The notes under the pieces were generated by a model. It worked only from the letters and a program-made list of their open reading frames with translations. It was not told where the DNA came from and searched no databases. From the sequence record KM092515: DNA of 64,000 nucleotides. One strand, 5' to 3'. Origin of the DNA: Escherichia phage HY02. Position numbers and translations under genes: made by a program. Positions within the stretch are counted from its first letter, which is position 1, and every line of letters starts with the position of its first letter. Below, piece after piece: positions 48,730 to 59,492 of this stretch.

Positions 48730-49584
48730 ATGTTTGAAAAGATTGATAGTGTTTATTACAAAACACTTGATGAAAGGACTGTAACACAGTTTAAAGATAA
48801 ATTTATCTATACAAGTATCTTGAAAGCAATCACTGATGAATTACAAACTCTAGAGGATGTTTGCTGGCAGATGCACACAGAGAGAAATATCAGGACGTCA
48901 GTAGGCCAACAACTTGATAACATTGGCTCACTGATTAAAGTTCCTAGACCTTTAGGTGCAGATGATGAAACATATAGGGCTATGCTTTATATTCAAATCT
49001 TCCTAAGACGCTCTGACACCACCCCAACATTCTTGCAAAAAGCAATTATGACGCTATACGGTGCAACTTTCTCTCAGATTTTTGAGCATATTACTCCTAA
49101 GACTGGTGGTATCGTTATCCGTATCAACACTAGAAAAAGCGTTCTAGATGCTGCATATACACTATCAAAGATTTCTGCAACAACTACTGGCTCCGCTGTT
49201 ATCTTAAGAGATGTTACTTTAAATGGGACTGCTTGGACACCTGTAGAGGTTGCTGATTCATCACTTGCTATTGTTGATGATAAAGAGAACTGGTTTGTAA
49301 CTGATGCTAACAGGGGTCTTGTCACAAATAACACTGGTGGCTCTCTGGAGTCCAACTTAGTAGGTAGTCTTGCAGATGCTGGTGTTATTGATGGTTACTT
49401 TAGGGTTGACAGAACAGCAAACTCACAGAGTGATGATTATATGACTGTAGATAGGTCCAATAATAGTGGCTATTTCATCGTTGGTAAAGAAGCTATTGCA
49501 GGTGGTGCATATGGAATCATGGCTGAGGTTGCACAAATTGTCAAAGGCAGAAAAGATAAATCACAACAAGAAGGAAATTCTTAA
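48730..49584 (+). CDS. baseplate or tail-fibre attachment protein (gpI-like, by position)
   Basis: 284-aa ORF between J-like and fibre genes. Confidence 0.4.
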   Translation: MFEKIDSVYYKTLDERTVTQFKDKFIYTSILKAITDELQTLEDVCWQMHTERNIRTSVGQQLDNIGSLIKVPRPLGADDETYRAMLYIQIFLRRSDTTPTFLQKAIMTLYGATFSQIFEHITPKTGGIVIRINTRKSVLDAAYTLSKISATTTGSAVILRDVTLNGTAWTPVEVADSSLAIVDDKENWFVTDANRGLVTNNTGGSLESNLVGSLADAGVIDGYFRVDRTANSQSDDYMTVDRSNNSGYFIVGKEAIAGGAYGIMAEVAQIVKGRKDKSQQEGNS

Positions 49585-49886
49585 TGGCAGTTTTAAATTG
49601 GTCTACAAATGAAGTAGATACTGATGGTAACCAGTTAAAAGTTTTACCACCACCGGAAGTTCAAGAGACAGGTCTTTTAAAGGGTGAACCTATGGGTAGA
49701 CAGTGGTTCAACTATATTATCAACTACCTGCTTAATAAAGTAAACGGCACTGTTGGTGAAGTTCGCTCATATGCAACTCAGCAACCAGATTTAGTAGCCA
49801 ATGGCTGGAAACTAATTAAGTCTGAGACAGGGACTGCAACAACAAGTACAAAGAACCTTTACACATATGAATATGTAGGAGCTTAA
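49584..49886 (+). CDS. hypothetical tail-associated protein
   Basis: 100-aa ORF. Confidence 0.4.
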   Translation: MAVLNWSTNEVDTDGNQLKVLPPPEVQETGLLKGEPMGRQWFNYIINYLLNKVNGTVGEVRSYATQQPDLVANGWKLIKSETGTATTSTKNLYTYEYVGA

Positions 49887-49888
49887 TA

Positions 49889-51064
49889 ATGGCAGTCGGT
49901 GAAATTCAAATTAGTGCCTTGCCACAAGCGACATTACCTGTTGATTTAAGTGATATCTTCCATCTTAAGCAAGGTGTTGAGGATAAAAGATGTACGCTTG
50001 AACAGTTGTTAGCACCTCACGCATCTTTGAGGAATAATCCTCATGGTGTAACCAAATCACAAGTGGGTCTTGATAATGTTATTAACTCTCTTCAATTAGT
50101 TGCAGCTAATAACTTGTCAGACATTGTGAATGTTGCTGAGGCAAGAGCAAATCTACAAATTATGTCGTCAGAGGAAGTGAATAACTTAATTCAGCAACAT
50201 ATTGACGACAAAAGTAACCCACACAATACAACGAAAGCACAGGTCGGTTTAAGTAATGTTCAGAACTGGACAACATCTAATCTGTACAATGAAGATGCTG
50301 ATAAGTACGCCACCGCGAGAGCAGTGAATAATTTATACAAAGCTATTCAAGCATCATATCCAGTAGGGACTATTCATCTATCTGTTAACTCTGCCAACCC
50401 ATCCACTTACTTGCTTTGTGGAGGTACTTGGGAGTTAGTTTCTAAAGGTAGAGCACTAGTTGGTTACGATACAGATTCTAGACCTGTTGGTTCAATGTTT
50501 GGTTCTCAGACTGTAGCATTAACGAATAATAATTTACCAGCACACACACACTCTATCTATCTAACAGGTGGTGGTCATACACACTCTGCAAGTGTATCTA
50601 TCTCTAGTTTTGATTATGGTTCAAAGAGTACATCAACTTTTGACTACGGTACAAAAACGACTAATAGTGCTGGTGCTCATACTCACACGTTTAGTGGTAC
50701 AACAAGTAATGCTGGTAACCACAACCACAGAGTACCTATGAGGGGTAATGATAGGGGTGGTACAAATGCTATTACTGCATCTGCTGATGCTGGTGCTGGT
50801 AATGCTATGTATACTGATTTAGCTGGTGCTCACACCCATAGCTTCTCAGGCACAACTGCATCATCTGGTGCTCATAGCCATACTCTTGCAATTGGTGCTC
50901 ACAGCCACACTGTTAATATTGGTTCACACAGTCATACGGGCACTGTTACTGTTTCTAGCTCTGAGCATACACACTCAGGGACATCTGGTTCTGTTGGTGG
51001 TGGTCAAGCTTTCAGTGTTGAGCAGCCATCTTTTGTAGTATATGTGTGGCAGAGAACAGCTTAA
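49889..51064 (+). CDS. tail fibre protein with C-terminal HxH repeats
   Basis: C-terminal AHTHS, GHTHSAS, AHTHTFSG, NHNHRV, AHTHSFSG, AHSHTLAIGAHSHTVNIGSHSHTG, EHTHSG repeats as in metal-binding fibre tips. Confidence 0.7.
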   Translation: MAVGEIQISALPQATLPVDLSDIFHLKQGVEDKRCTLEQLLAPHASLRNNPHGVTKSQVGLDNVINSLQLVAANNLSDIVNVAEARANLQIMSSEEVNNLIQQHIDDKSNPHNTTKAQVGLSNVQNWTTSNLYNEDADKYATARAVNNLYKAIQASYPVGTIHLSVNSANPSTYLLCGGTWELVSKGRALVGYDTDSRPVGSMFGSQTVALTNNNLPAHTHSIYLTGGGHTHSASVSISSFDYGSKSTSTFDYGTKTTNSAGAHTHTFSGTTSNAGNHNHRVPMRGNDRGGTNAITASADAGAGNAMYTDLAGAHTHSFSGTTASSGAHSHTLAIGAHSHTVNIGSHSHTGTVTVSSSEHTHSGTSGSVGGGQAFSVEQPSFVVYVWQRTA

Positions 51065-51073
51065 TTTCTTTAC

Positions 51074-51095
51074 AGGGGCTTTGTAGCCCCTTTTA
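51074..51095 (+). terminator. intrinsic terminator (weak U-tract)
   Basis: AGGGGCT-TTGT-AGCCCCT followed by TTTTAAG. Confidence 0.5.
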
Positions 51096-51110
51096 AGAGG
51101 AAAATTTATA

Positions 51111-53654
51111 ATGGCAGATTACAAATTGAGTCAATTAAACTCAATCGACACAATTCGTTCAGAAGACCTATTGCACATCAGAGTTAAGAAAAGACCTGAA
51201 ATGCTGGGTGATGAAGACCGTAGAATGACCTATCAAGACTTCTTAGCTTCCTTCAAACTAGAAAGGTTTGTTCAGATTGCTGGGAGTACTATGACGGGAG
51301 ACTTAGGTATTGTCAAGTTACTTTACGGTGGCAAGGCTGTATTTGACCCTACAGGCTCTTCTGAGATTACTATTGGGGATATTTTAAAGACTTTTAAAAT
51401 TAACTCAAATGGTCTTAAACTCACTATTGCAGATGCCACAAGGTCGGCAACTGTTTATCATACTTTGAATAAACCAAGTCCTAATGAACTTGGCATGAGA
51501 ACTAATGAAGAGAATGATGCAAGATATGCAAGGCTTGCTGTTACAAATAACTTCAGTATTAGGCAAGCAATTATAACTGATGGTGAGCAGTTAACTCTTA
51601 AGAAGGCAACCAATGCAGGTGCTTCATATATTCAAGGTAGAGATGCTAATAACCAGCAAACTTGGTATGTTGGACAGGGAAATGCAAACAGTACTAATGT
51701 TTATTTGTACAATCATGCTACTGGTGCAATGTTGACCCTTGATGCAACAGCAGCATTTAACAAGTCACTTAGAATCACTGGTCAAGTTCAACCTTCGGAT
51801 TTCTCTAACTTAGATGCTAGGTACTTCACTCAGACAGTCGCTAATCAGAGATTTGCACAGTTAGCTGCTAATAATAATTTTACTGGAACAAACACGTTTA
51901 GTAGAAACCTACTTATCATCAGTGACAGTGCTGCTTTAAGGTTGAAAAATGCAACAGCTAGCTCACTATTCATTCAGGGTGTTGACTCCCAGAATACTAA
52001 CAGGTGGTATGTAGGAAACGGGGATAACACAGCCTCTGTGCTGCTACACAACTATGTACACGGCTCAAATATCAGGCTTGATAATGGTTATATCTCAGTC
52101 AACCAGAACTTCAGAATCACTGGTCAAGTTCAACCTTCAGATTGGGCTAACATTGACTCTAGATATATTCCAGCAGCTACTTTGAATAATCTTGCTAAGA
52201 TTAATGCTAAGAATACTTTTTCTCAAGGTCAGATTATTAAGGTTGACGGAGAGGTTATTAGACTTCAGGGGGTAAATGATACTGGTGGTTTGTTCTTGCA
52301 AGGTTATACTTCTGATGGTACTAAGAAGTGGTTTATGGGTACTAATGCTTCAGGCAACTTTACTATCAGGGAGATGGTGTTAGGTACTGAACTGTCTCTT
52401 AGAGAGAACTATATCCAGTTCAATAAGAATGTAACAATTAATGGGCAGGTTCAACCACAAGATTGGGCTAACATTGATGGGAGATACTACAACAAATCAT
52501 CTGCTGATAGTAGATATCTGAGGGTAAGAAGCACTAACTTTAACACTAGTAATGTGGAGAAATGGGCTAAGATTGCAACTGTTACTATGCGGCAGGCAAC
52601 ATCGACAGCGGTAATTGAGTTGTTTGGTGGGTCTGGGTTCAACTATGGTGCATATAACCAAGCATGTAAAACAGAGATTGTTATTAGAGCAGGGAATAAT
52701 AGTCCAAAAGGCTTAAATGTTGTTGCATGGAAAAACTCACCGAATGGTGTTGTGATGGAAATTGGGCATGTTAATACATCTGGTGATAATTATGACATCT
52801 ACTTAAAAGCTGGTCCCTACCAAAATGCTACGACAGCTAGGGTTCAGTCATCATCTAATGCAACAGTGCAGTTGTTTGAGACTCCAGAGACATCTGACAG
52901 TGCTCCATCTGGCTATGTTGCTGGGACAATTGCTTATTATTATACTAGTCTCTTGAAACCAACCCCTTCAGATATTGGTGCATACACTAAAGCAGAGACT
53001 GACCAGAAGATTGCAGATGCAATTAGTGACTCTACAGACCTGAATAAAATCTATCCAGTAGGTATTGTGACGTGGTTTAACAGTAATGTCAACCCAAACA
53101 CAGCACTTCCTGGGTTAACTTGGACGTACCTGAATAATGGTGTTGGTAGAACTATTAGAATTGCAGCAGCAAACGGTTCAGATGTTGCTACAACTGGTGG
53201 TTCAGACTCTGTAACGTTGTCTGTTGGTAACTTACCTTCACACACGCACAGCTTCTCTGCTACTACTTCATCATTTGACTATGGTACTAAGACTTCTAGC
53301 ACAACTGGTAACCACAACCACAACAGAGGTACTATGGAGATTACTGGTTCATTTGGTTACTTCAGAAGTGACGCTAGTAGCTTCTACACAGCAAGTGGTG
53401 CATTCTACCTCGGTAGTCAGGCAGGTTCTAAAGGGTATACTGGTAACAACTTTACTAATGGTATCCCTGTCAACTTCAACGCATCAAGAAACTGGTCTGG
53501 TGTAACGAATACAACAGGTAACCACAGCCACACTGTTGGTATTGGTGCTCACAGCCACACAGTTAGCGGTAACACAGGTGGTACTGGTTCTGGTTCAGCA
53601 TTTAGTGTTACTAACCAGTTCTATAAGTTAATGGCTTGGGTAAGAACTGCTTAA
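51111..53654 (+). CDS. long tail fibre protein with internal repeats and HxH tip
   Basis: three repeats of roughly 100 aa each carrying ITGQVQPSD(F/W)(S/A)N(L/I)D.RY; C-terminal HTHSFSA, NHNHNRG, NHSHTVGIGAHSHTVSG. Confidence 0.7.
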   Translation: MADYKLSQLNSIDTIRSEDLLHIRVKKRPEMLGDEDRRMTYQDFLASFKLERFVQIAGSTMTGDLGIVKLLYGGKAVFDPTGSSEITIGDILKTFKINSNGLKLTIADATRSATVYHTLNKPSPNELGMRTNEENDARYARLAVTNNFSIRQAIITDGEQLTLKKATNAGASYIQGRDANNQQTWYVGQGNANSTNVYLYNHATGAMLTLDATAAFNKSLRITGQVQPSDFSNLDARYFTQTVANQRFAQLAANNNFTGTNTFSRNLLIISDSAALRLKNATASSLFIQGVDSQNTNRWYVGNGDNTASVLLHNYVHGSNIRLDNGYISVNQNFRITGQVQPSDWANIDSRYIPAATLNNLAKINAKNTFSQGQIIKVDGEVIRLQGVNDTGGLFLQGYTSDGTKKWFMGTNASGNFTIREMVLGTELSLRENYIQFNKNVTINGQVQPQDWANIDGRYYNKSSADSRYLRVRSTNFNTSNVEKWAKIATVTMRQATSTAVIELFGGSGFNYGAYNQACKTEIVIRAGNNSPKGLNVVAWKNSPNGVVMEIGHVNTSGDNYDIYLKAGPYQNATTARVQSSSNATVQLFETPETSDSAPSGYVAGTIAYYYTSLLKPTPSDIGAYTKAETDQKIADAISDSTDLNKIYPVGIVTWFNSNVNPNTALPGLTWTYLNNGVGRTIRIAAANGSDVATTGGSDSVTLSVGNLPSHTHSFSATTSSFDYGTKTSSTTGNHNHNRGTMEITGSFGYFRSDASSFYTASGAFYLGSQAGSKGYTGNNFTNGIPVNFNASRNWSGVTNTTGNHSHTVGIGAHSHTVSGNTGGTGSGSAFSVTNQFYKLMAWVRTA

Positions 53655-53662
53655 TCCCTTGT

Positions 53663-53691
53663 TGACTGATTGTTAAGATGGTGTTAATATT
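53663..53691 (+). promoter_or_regulatory. sigma70-like promoter for the two small membrane-protein genes
   Basis: TTGACT, 17-bp spacer, TAATAT. Confidence 0.45.
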
Positions 53692-53733
53692 CTTTATGGG
53701 TATTCTCACCATCTTGGCTGATGAGGTGATTAA

Positions 53734-53931
53734 ATGCCTACAATCCTAGCAATTCTTCTAAAAAATCTAGGTAGCTTCTTCTGGAAACTCATTTTATCCC
53801 TTCTAAGTGAATACATGATTGAGAAAGTGTTCTTTAAGCTTGCAAGATATCTTGCGAGTAAGACAGACACACCTATTGATGATGAGTTCGTAGATAACTT
53901 AGAAAAAGCTTTTAAGGGGGAGAATAAATGA
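53734..53931 (+). CDS. small membrane protein (holin-like candidate)
   Basis: 65-aa ORF with N-terminal hydrophobic helix and charged C-terminus. Confidence 0.4.
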   Translation: MPTILAILLKNLGSFFWKLILSLLSEYMIEKVFFKLARYLASKTDTPIDDEFVDNLEKAFKGENK

Positions 53932-54299
53932 AGTGGCTAGAGGAAGCTTTTAAAAATAATATTGGTGCAATTGTAGTTGGTATTTTTAGTGTTATTGGGA
54001 TGTATACCACCATGCAAGTTTCGGATGGTAAGCAAGAGGTGTCTATCACAACAAAATTACAGCAGCTAGATAATTACAGTAAATCTAATTACTCAGCTAT
54101 TCGTGATTTACAGTCTGACATGAGATTGCTTCAGTTAGGGATGGAGAACCAGAAAGTTCAGTTAGAGAATGTTAAGGGTGAGAACGCAAAACTTACTAAA
54201 ACTCTTGATAAATTCTCTGACAGTGTGAACAATCTGGCTCAATCAGTATCAGCCTTGCAAGCTATTACTGAAAAGAACACAAAGAATACTGAAAAATAA
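53928..54299 (+). CDS. membrane-anchored coiled-coil protein (spanin or holin-regulator candidate)
   Basis: TM helix IGAIVVGIFSVIGMY followed by heptad-rich domain. Confidence 0.4.
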   Translation: MKWLEEAFKNNIGAIVVGIFSVIGMYTTMQVSDGKQEVSITTKLQQLDNYSKSNYSAIRDLQSDMRLLQLGMENQKVQLENVKGENAKLTKTLDKFSDSVNNLAQSVSALQAITEKNTKNTEK

Positions 54300-54305
54300 A
54301 ATTTA

Positions 54306-54337
54306 AGGCTCCCGTAAAAAGGAGCCTTTTTGTTTTA
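54306..54337 (+). terminator. intrinsic terminator closing the late + strand module
   Basis: AGGCTCC-CGTAAAAA-GGAGCCT followed by TTTTTGTTTT. Confidence 0.7.
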
Positions 54338-55234
54338 CTTACCTACTGATAAAGGTGCTTCAATCTTTCCTGCATGTTGGTAGTTGCTAATGCCACCAAT
54401 AAAATCACTTGCAGTGAGATGTTTTAAGTCACTTAAAGTGTTAAGTGGTAAGCCAATCTCAAAAGTTGGTGCATGGAAATCTTCATTGTTCATCAGTTCA
54501 TAAACCTGCTTCATATGGTTATGATAAATCTGAGTATCTCCAAAGACACCTATCAAGTACCGTGGAGTGTATCCAGTCATCTTACAAAGAACTTCCAGAA
54601 TAAAGCCATAAGATGCAATGTTAAAGGGAAGTCCTAAAAAGGTGTCTACAGAACGCTGATACCATTGTAAGTCAACTTCACCCTCATTAGTGATATAAAT
54701 CTGAAACAGAACATGACAAGGTGCTAAAGCCATTGAGTTAGCTGCAATATCTGCTGCATTCCAAGCATTAACAAGCATGTAACGGTTTGTGATATCACCT
54801 TTCATCTTCGTTACTAAGGTTTCTAACTGGTCTACAACACAACCATTATGACCTTCAAAGTTTCTCCACTGAACCCCGTAGATTCTACCACCTGCATCCT
54901 CTAACCAGTCTTGTTCAGAGGAATAATTAGAGCTTAACCAGCGTTTAAAATCATCTGACCAGATAGTCCAGCGTTCCCCGTCATTTTCACCCCAAGTACG
55001 GTAACGAAGTTCACCAAGCTTATTCTCGCCATTCAGGAACCATAAAGCTTCTCCGATAACTTGCCTTGTAAACACCTGTTTAGATGTTAAGAGTGGGAAA
55101 CCAGTACGCATATCAAAACGAAACTGAGGTGGAGCAAATGCAGAGATAACGTCTCCAGTTCGTGTAGTACGCAGTTCACCAACGGATAAAACATGGTTCA
55201 GGATATTTTTGTAACTCAAATCTGCTTGTGACAT
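54335..55234 (-). CDS. thyA: thymidylate synthase
   Basis: ALAPCH active-site Cys motif, LGLPFNIASY and DTQIYHNH motifs. Confidence 0.9.
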   Translation of the reverse strand: MSQADLSYKNILNHVLSVGELRTTRTGDVISAFAPPQFRFDMRTGFPLLTSKQVFTRQVIGEALWFLNGENKLGELRYRTWGENDGERWTIWSDDFKRWLSSNYSSEQDWLEDAGGRIYGVQWRNFEGHNGCVVDQLETLVTKMKGDITNRYMLVNAWNAADIAANSMALAPCHVLFQIYITNEGEVDLQWYQRSVDTFLGLPFNIASYGFILEVLCKMTGYTPRYLIGVFGDTQIYHNHMKQVYELMNNEDFHAPTFEIGLPLNTLSDLKHLTASDFIGGISNYQHAGKIEAPLSVGK

Positions 55235-55235
55235 A

Positions 55236-55781
55236 TCAAAAGTGTCCTTTTACTTGTGGAACATAAATTTCAAAGGTTGCTTTACCATCATCCGATGGCC
55301 TTGACTGTACCTTTGCAAATACACGGCTATCATACAGCTTATCGAAGAAGTTTTCAAAAGGTAAATACACAGTGGCCTCTTCAGTAACTTTATGGAAAAC
55401 TGTATGGAAAACTACACCAGCATACGGCAAAGCATTGACAAGAACACCTGCACCACCAATTACAAAGACATCTTCATCAATAGAGCTATCAAGATACTTC
55501 AAAAATGCTCCAAAGGACTCTTTACTAGCTTTAGCATACACTACATCATCTTTGTCAAAGTCTATACCCAAATATGGAACAGAGTTCGTTAAGACGAGGT
55601 TTGTACGTTCTGGTAATGGTTTACTACCCAGAGTCTTAAAAGTCTCATTACCCATCACTACTAAATTATCTTTAGTGAGCCTCTTGAACTCTTGCATATC
55701 CTGTTTATGTCGAGGCCACGGCATACCAGTTAGAGTACCAAACTCCCCATTTTCACCACTTGCAAAGATTAATTTAATCAT
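55236..55781 (-). CDS. folA: dihydrofolate reductase
   Basis: GMPW, VVMGNETF and PLPERTNLVLT motifs matching the DHFR core. Confidence 0.85.
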   Translation of the reverse strand: MIKLIFASGENGEFGTLTGMPWPRHKQDMQEFKRLTKDNLVVMGNETFKTLGSKPLPERTNLVLTNSVPYLGIDFDKDDVVYAKASKESFGAFLKYLDSSIDEDVFVIGGAGVLVNALPYAGVVFHTVFHKVTEEATVYLPFENFFDKLYDSRVFAKVQSRPSDDGKATFEIYVPQVKGHF

Positions 55782-56038
55782 TTTGTAAATCCTCTCTTAA
55801 TGAACCAGTTGATGACATTCTTCACAGCTTTATTACTATGGTAGATTAAGTGTGGTGTTGGTTGGTATGAACCATAAGCCCAGAAAGCAATGATTTCATT
55901 ACACCCTGTGCATCGGGTACTTTCTTCAGCAATATGACCGTTGACTATTTCACTTACCTCACCTTGTAAGTCTGTACACCCACAATGTGGACAACGGATA
56001 GGTGTTCCATCAGACTCATAGCAGTGTTCAATTTTCAT
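55778..56038 (-). CDS. zinc-ribbon protein
   Basis: CPHCGC...CTGCNE paired Cys motifs in 86 aa. Confidence 0.5.
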   Translation of the reverse strand: MKIEHCYESDGTPIRCPHCGCTDLQGEVSEIVNGHIAEESTRCTGCNEIIAFWAYGSYQPTPHLIYHSNKAVKNVINWFIKRGFTK

Positions 56039-56554
56039 TTATTTAACCTCAAAAACTGGTTCAAGAACCAATATAAAATCTACACAGTCATCTTCTTCAT
56101 CCAGAATACCATCAAAGTTCTTAGGAACGAAGTCGAAGAGGCTCATAACAAAGCAGTCAGAAGTAACCCTGATAGTTCCTCCCATATTCTCTACAGTCAA
56201 CACTGTACGACTTTCTTTTACCTCTCTCAGAAGATTACTCACAAAGTCATCTAAGAAGTACTTCATCAGTGACTTAAAGCCTTTAGGGTAATCTGTACCA
56301 GAGTATGTTTCAATTTGAGGTACAAGCTTAACATTTATACTGGTCTTTGTTAAGAATGTGCTAGAGAACATGCTATCAGGTAACTTACAAACAGTCTTTC
56401 CAGTACCTTCATGTTCAATCTCAACAAAACCAGCTTCGTCGCCACATGTAACTATTTTAAAAGATGCTTCATTCTCATACTGTGAAGCCATAAACTTTTT
56501 AAGCATTTCCTTAAGGAAATCTGCATGAGCATCTTGTAAGTAGATATCAATCAT
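56039..56554 (-). CDS. hypothetical protein
   Basis: 171-aa ORF. Confidence 0.5.
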   Translation of the reverse strand: MIDIYLQDAHADFLKEMLKKFMASQYENEASFKIVTCGDEAGFVEIEHEGTGKTVCKLPDSMFSSTFLTKTSINVKLVPQIETYSGTDYPKGFKSLMKYFLDDFVSNLLREVKESRTVLTVENMGGTIRVTSDCFVMSLFDFVPKNFDGILDEEDDCVDFILVLEPVFEVK

Positions 56555-56567
56555 AGTTAATTACCTA

Positions 56568-56927
56568 TTATGGGAACAGACACTTGATGTCATCATTTTT
56601 GAAAACGAAACTTGTGTAGTTGTGACCGTCAACATCCAACCAAACAGCCTGAACATCCACACCATCAAGATTGTGGTAAAGTTCTTTGATGAAGTGGTCT
56701 TTCACAATCTGGCTGCTAGTTGTTTCCAGCTTAATATTTGAGATTGCTGAACCTACAGCCATATAACCCATGACACGTTTCTTCTCAGTATGCTTAATCT
56801 TACCATCTTTGTAAGCCATAATGAGATTGGAGAGAATCTTTACACCATAATACTTTTCAAGGTGAGTAGGTGCACCATAAAAGCCTAATGCGAAGTTTTC
56901 AGAGTGGATAATGTTTTCACGTTTCAT
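56568..56927 (-). CDS. hypothetical protein
   Basis: 119-aa ORF. Confidence 0.5.
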   Translation of the reverse strand: MKRENIIHSENFALGFYGAPTHLEKYYGVKILSNLIMAYKDGKIKHTEKKRVMGYMAVGSAISNIKLETTSSQIVKDHFIKELYHNLDGVDVQAVWLDVDGHNYTSFVFKNDDIKCLFP

Positions 56928-56928
56928 A

Positions 56929-57258
56929 TTAATCTGCCAACCTTAAATTAAAATTAACACCAAATTTTTCACATACTTCCAACATAAACTCAAGAGAAAC
57001 ATTACCAGTGAGATTGATTATGTTGGATACACGAGCCTGAGAGATACCACAAATCTTAGCAACTTGCTCTTGAGAGAGACCTCTGGATTTAATCTCTCTC
57101 TTAAAACGATGTGCAACGAAGTCTCTCATTTCGTCTACATCCATCGGACAAATATAACTCTCCATTTCAGCCTCTCTGTCAGCCTCCCAATCATCTTGTG
57201 GAGCATAAGGGTCAAAAGCTTCATTCATCTTTCTTCTTCCGTTTGCGTGAAGTGTCAA
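56929..57258 (-). CDS. helix-turn-helix (XRE-family-like) transcriptional regulator
   Basis: LSQEQVAKICGISQARVSNII pattern typical of the XRE HTH. Confidence 0.6.
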   Translation of the reverse strand: MTLHANGRRKMNEAFDPYAPQDDWEADREAEMESYICPMDVDEMRDFVAHRFKREIKSRGLSQEQVAKICGISQARVSNIINLTGNVSLEFMLEVCEKFGVNFNLRLAD

Positions 57259-57433
57259 TCAATGAATCTATGTTTGTAGCCCGAACCTTTTCACGTTCAT
57301 CGTTAAGATAATCGTCAAGAACCTTTTCAATCTGTGAATCATCTTTACAGATGACTGTAAAAACTGTAAAGCCGTCTGTATCGTCAATTATCTTACCATA
57401 ACCGCTTCTGGGATGTAACTTTTTAAGAGCCAT
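57221..57433 (-). CDS. hypothetical protein
   Basis: 70-aa ORF. Confidence 0.4.
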   Translation of the reverse strand: MALKKLHPRSGYGKIIDDTDGFTVFTVICKDDSQIEKVLDDYLNDEREKVRATNIDSLIDTSRKRKKKDE

Positions 57434-57434
57434 A

Positions 57435-57818
57435 TCAAATACCTGTGCAGCTTCTGTTTTCTAAGAAATACTCAACACCATACATAGCTTTTTGCATCAA
57501 ATCTTCTTTAAACTGGATACGATGGTTGAGCATAGCCTGTACATCAATACCATCAGGGTGCTTTTCTTTAATATTTGCAGATTGCAGGAAATACTCTGCA
57601 AGAACACGATACTGATAGTCAGTTACTTTATCAGTCATCTCTGTTAAAGACTCTTCAGAGATTGGTTTAAGTAACTCACCATTAGCCAAAGCAACACCTT
57701 TAACAATCTGACAAGTGTCTTCTGGAACACCTGATAAGTCCACATTTGGAAGTTCTGTTGCATTGACTGGTAAATTCATTGCCATAACCATTGTAGCGGC
57801 TAATAAAATCTTTTTCAT
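57435..57818 (-). CDS. secreted or periplasmic protein
   Basis: signal peptide MKKILLAATMVMAMNLPVNA. Confidence 0.5.
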   Translation of the reverse strand: MKKILLAATMVMAMNLPVNATELPNVDLSGVPEDTCQIVKGVALANGELLKPISEESLTEMTDKVTDYQYRVLAEYFLQSANIKEKHPDGIDVQAMLNHRIQFKEDLMQKAMYGVEYFLENRSCTGI

Positions 57819-58029
57819 AATGACCTCAAAGTTATATTAAATTTTGTATTACATTGAGTATAAAAATAAGCTATAACACCTGACTTGTCAACAGATTTTA
57901 TAGCTTATTTGGCAGATTTTTTATAAGGCTACTGCCATCCTTCCATACCTAACCCAACCAGACCTAACCCCACCGAACCAAACCTTACCTTACTTCACCC
58001 TACCTTATTAAAAGACCCTCTTAAAGACC

Positions 58030-58057
58030 TTTTAAAAAGGAGCCTCCGAAGAGGCTA
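58030..58057 (-). terminator. intrinsic terminator (- strand)
   Basis: AGCCTC-CGAA-GAGGCT hairpin with A-run on the + strand just downstream of gene 58068..58508. Confidence 0.55.
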
Positions 58058-58067
58058 CCTAGTCAAC

Positions 58068-58508
58068 TTAGAAAGGTTTTCTACGTTGCTTGTTAATGTT
58101 AGCTTTCATAGCAGCTAAATGGTTTTGCTGTTCAATCAGTCGTGAACGTTCTTGATGACTAAGTGCCATAGTGTTCACATTCTCAATCGCTTGAGTGGCT
58201 TGCTTTAAAGCACGACCAATCTTACCAGACATTTTACGTTTTGCAATAGTTGCTTGATGCTTAGGTTCAACCACACGATAACCAACACCCATTGAAGCAA
58301 CCAGATAAATCTTCTCTTCTTTAAGAAGCTTTTCAATAAACTTCTCAAGTCGGTTTAGACGTGTAAGTGCATAAGCCTTCATTTCATCTTCGTACTTAAC
58401 AATGTCACCTTGATAAGTTGGCTTCACAATACCTAAGAAGGTATCCATCTCAGAGTGTGATACAGTGTCACCGTAACTAAACTTTGCTGCTAATGCTTTT
58501 GTATTCAT
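58068..58508 (-). CDS. hypothetical protein
   Basis: 146-aa ORF. Confidence 0.5.
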   Translation of the reverse strand: MNTKALAAKFSYGDTVSHSEMDTFLGIVKPTYQGDIVKYEDEMKAYALTRLNRLEKFIEKLLKEEKIYLVASMGVGYRVVEPKHQATIAKRKMSGKIGRALKQATQAIENVNTMALSHQERSRLIEQQNHLAAMKANINKQRRKPF

Positions 58509-58510
58509 AA

Positions 58511-59116
<606 letters not shown>

Positions 59117-59492
59117 TTAGTTGATTGTTAAGTTGTTTGTAAAGAACCCTCAACAGAAGACTCTTTAGAAACTTGGTAGATTTTTAACGTGGCTACTACC
59201 ATCCACCCATGCTTTACCGTACCTGACAGTACAACACTTCAACTTACCCAACCACACCTTACCTTATTAAAAGACCCTCTTAAAGACCTTTTAGAAAGGT
59301 AAGTCTCATTTTAATGTAGCTGAGACTAACTACCCACACCAAACCATAGCATACATCGCATTACCGGACAGAGCCATACTTTACCAGACATCACTTAAAA
59401 ACCCTCTTAGAAGACTCTTAAGTGATGCTGGTGAGTACCCGTCGGTTTATGCTGCTCAGTATACTCACCAAATTTTCTATGTCAACAACTTT

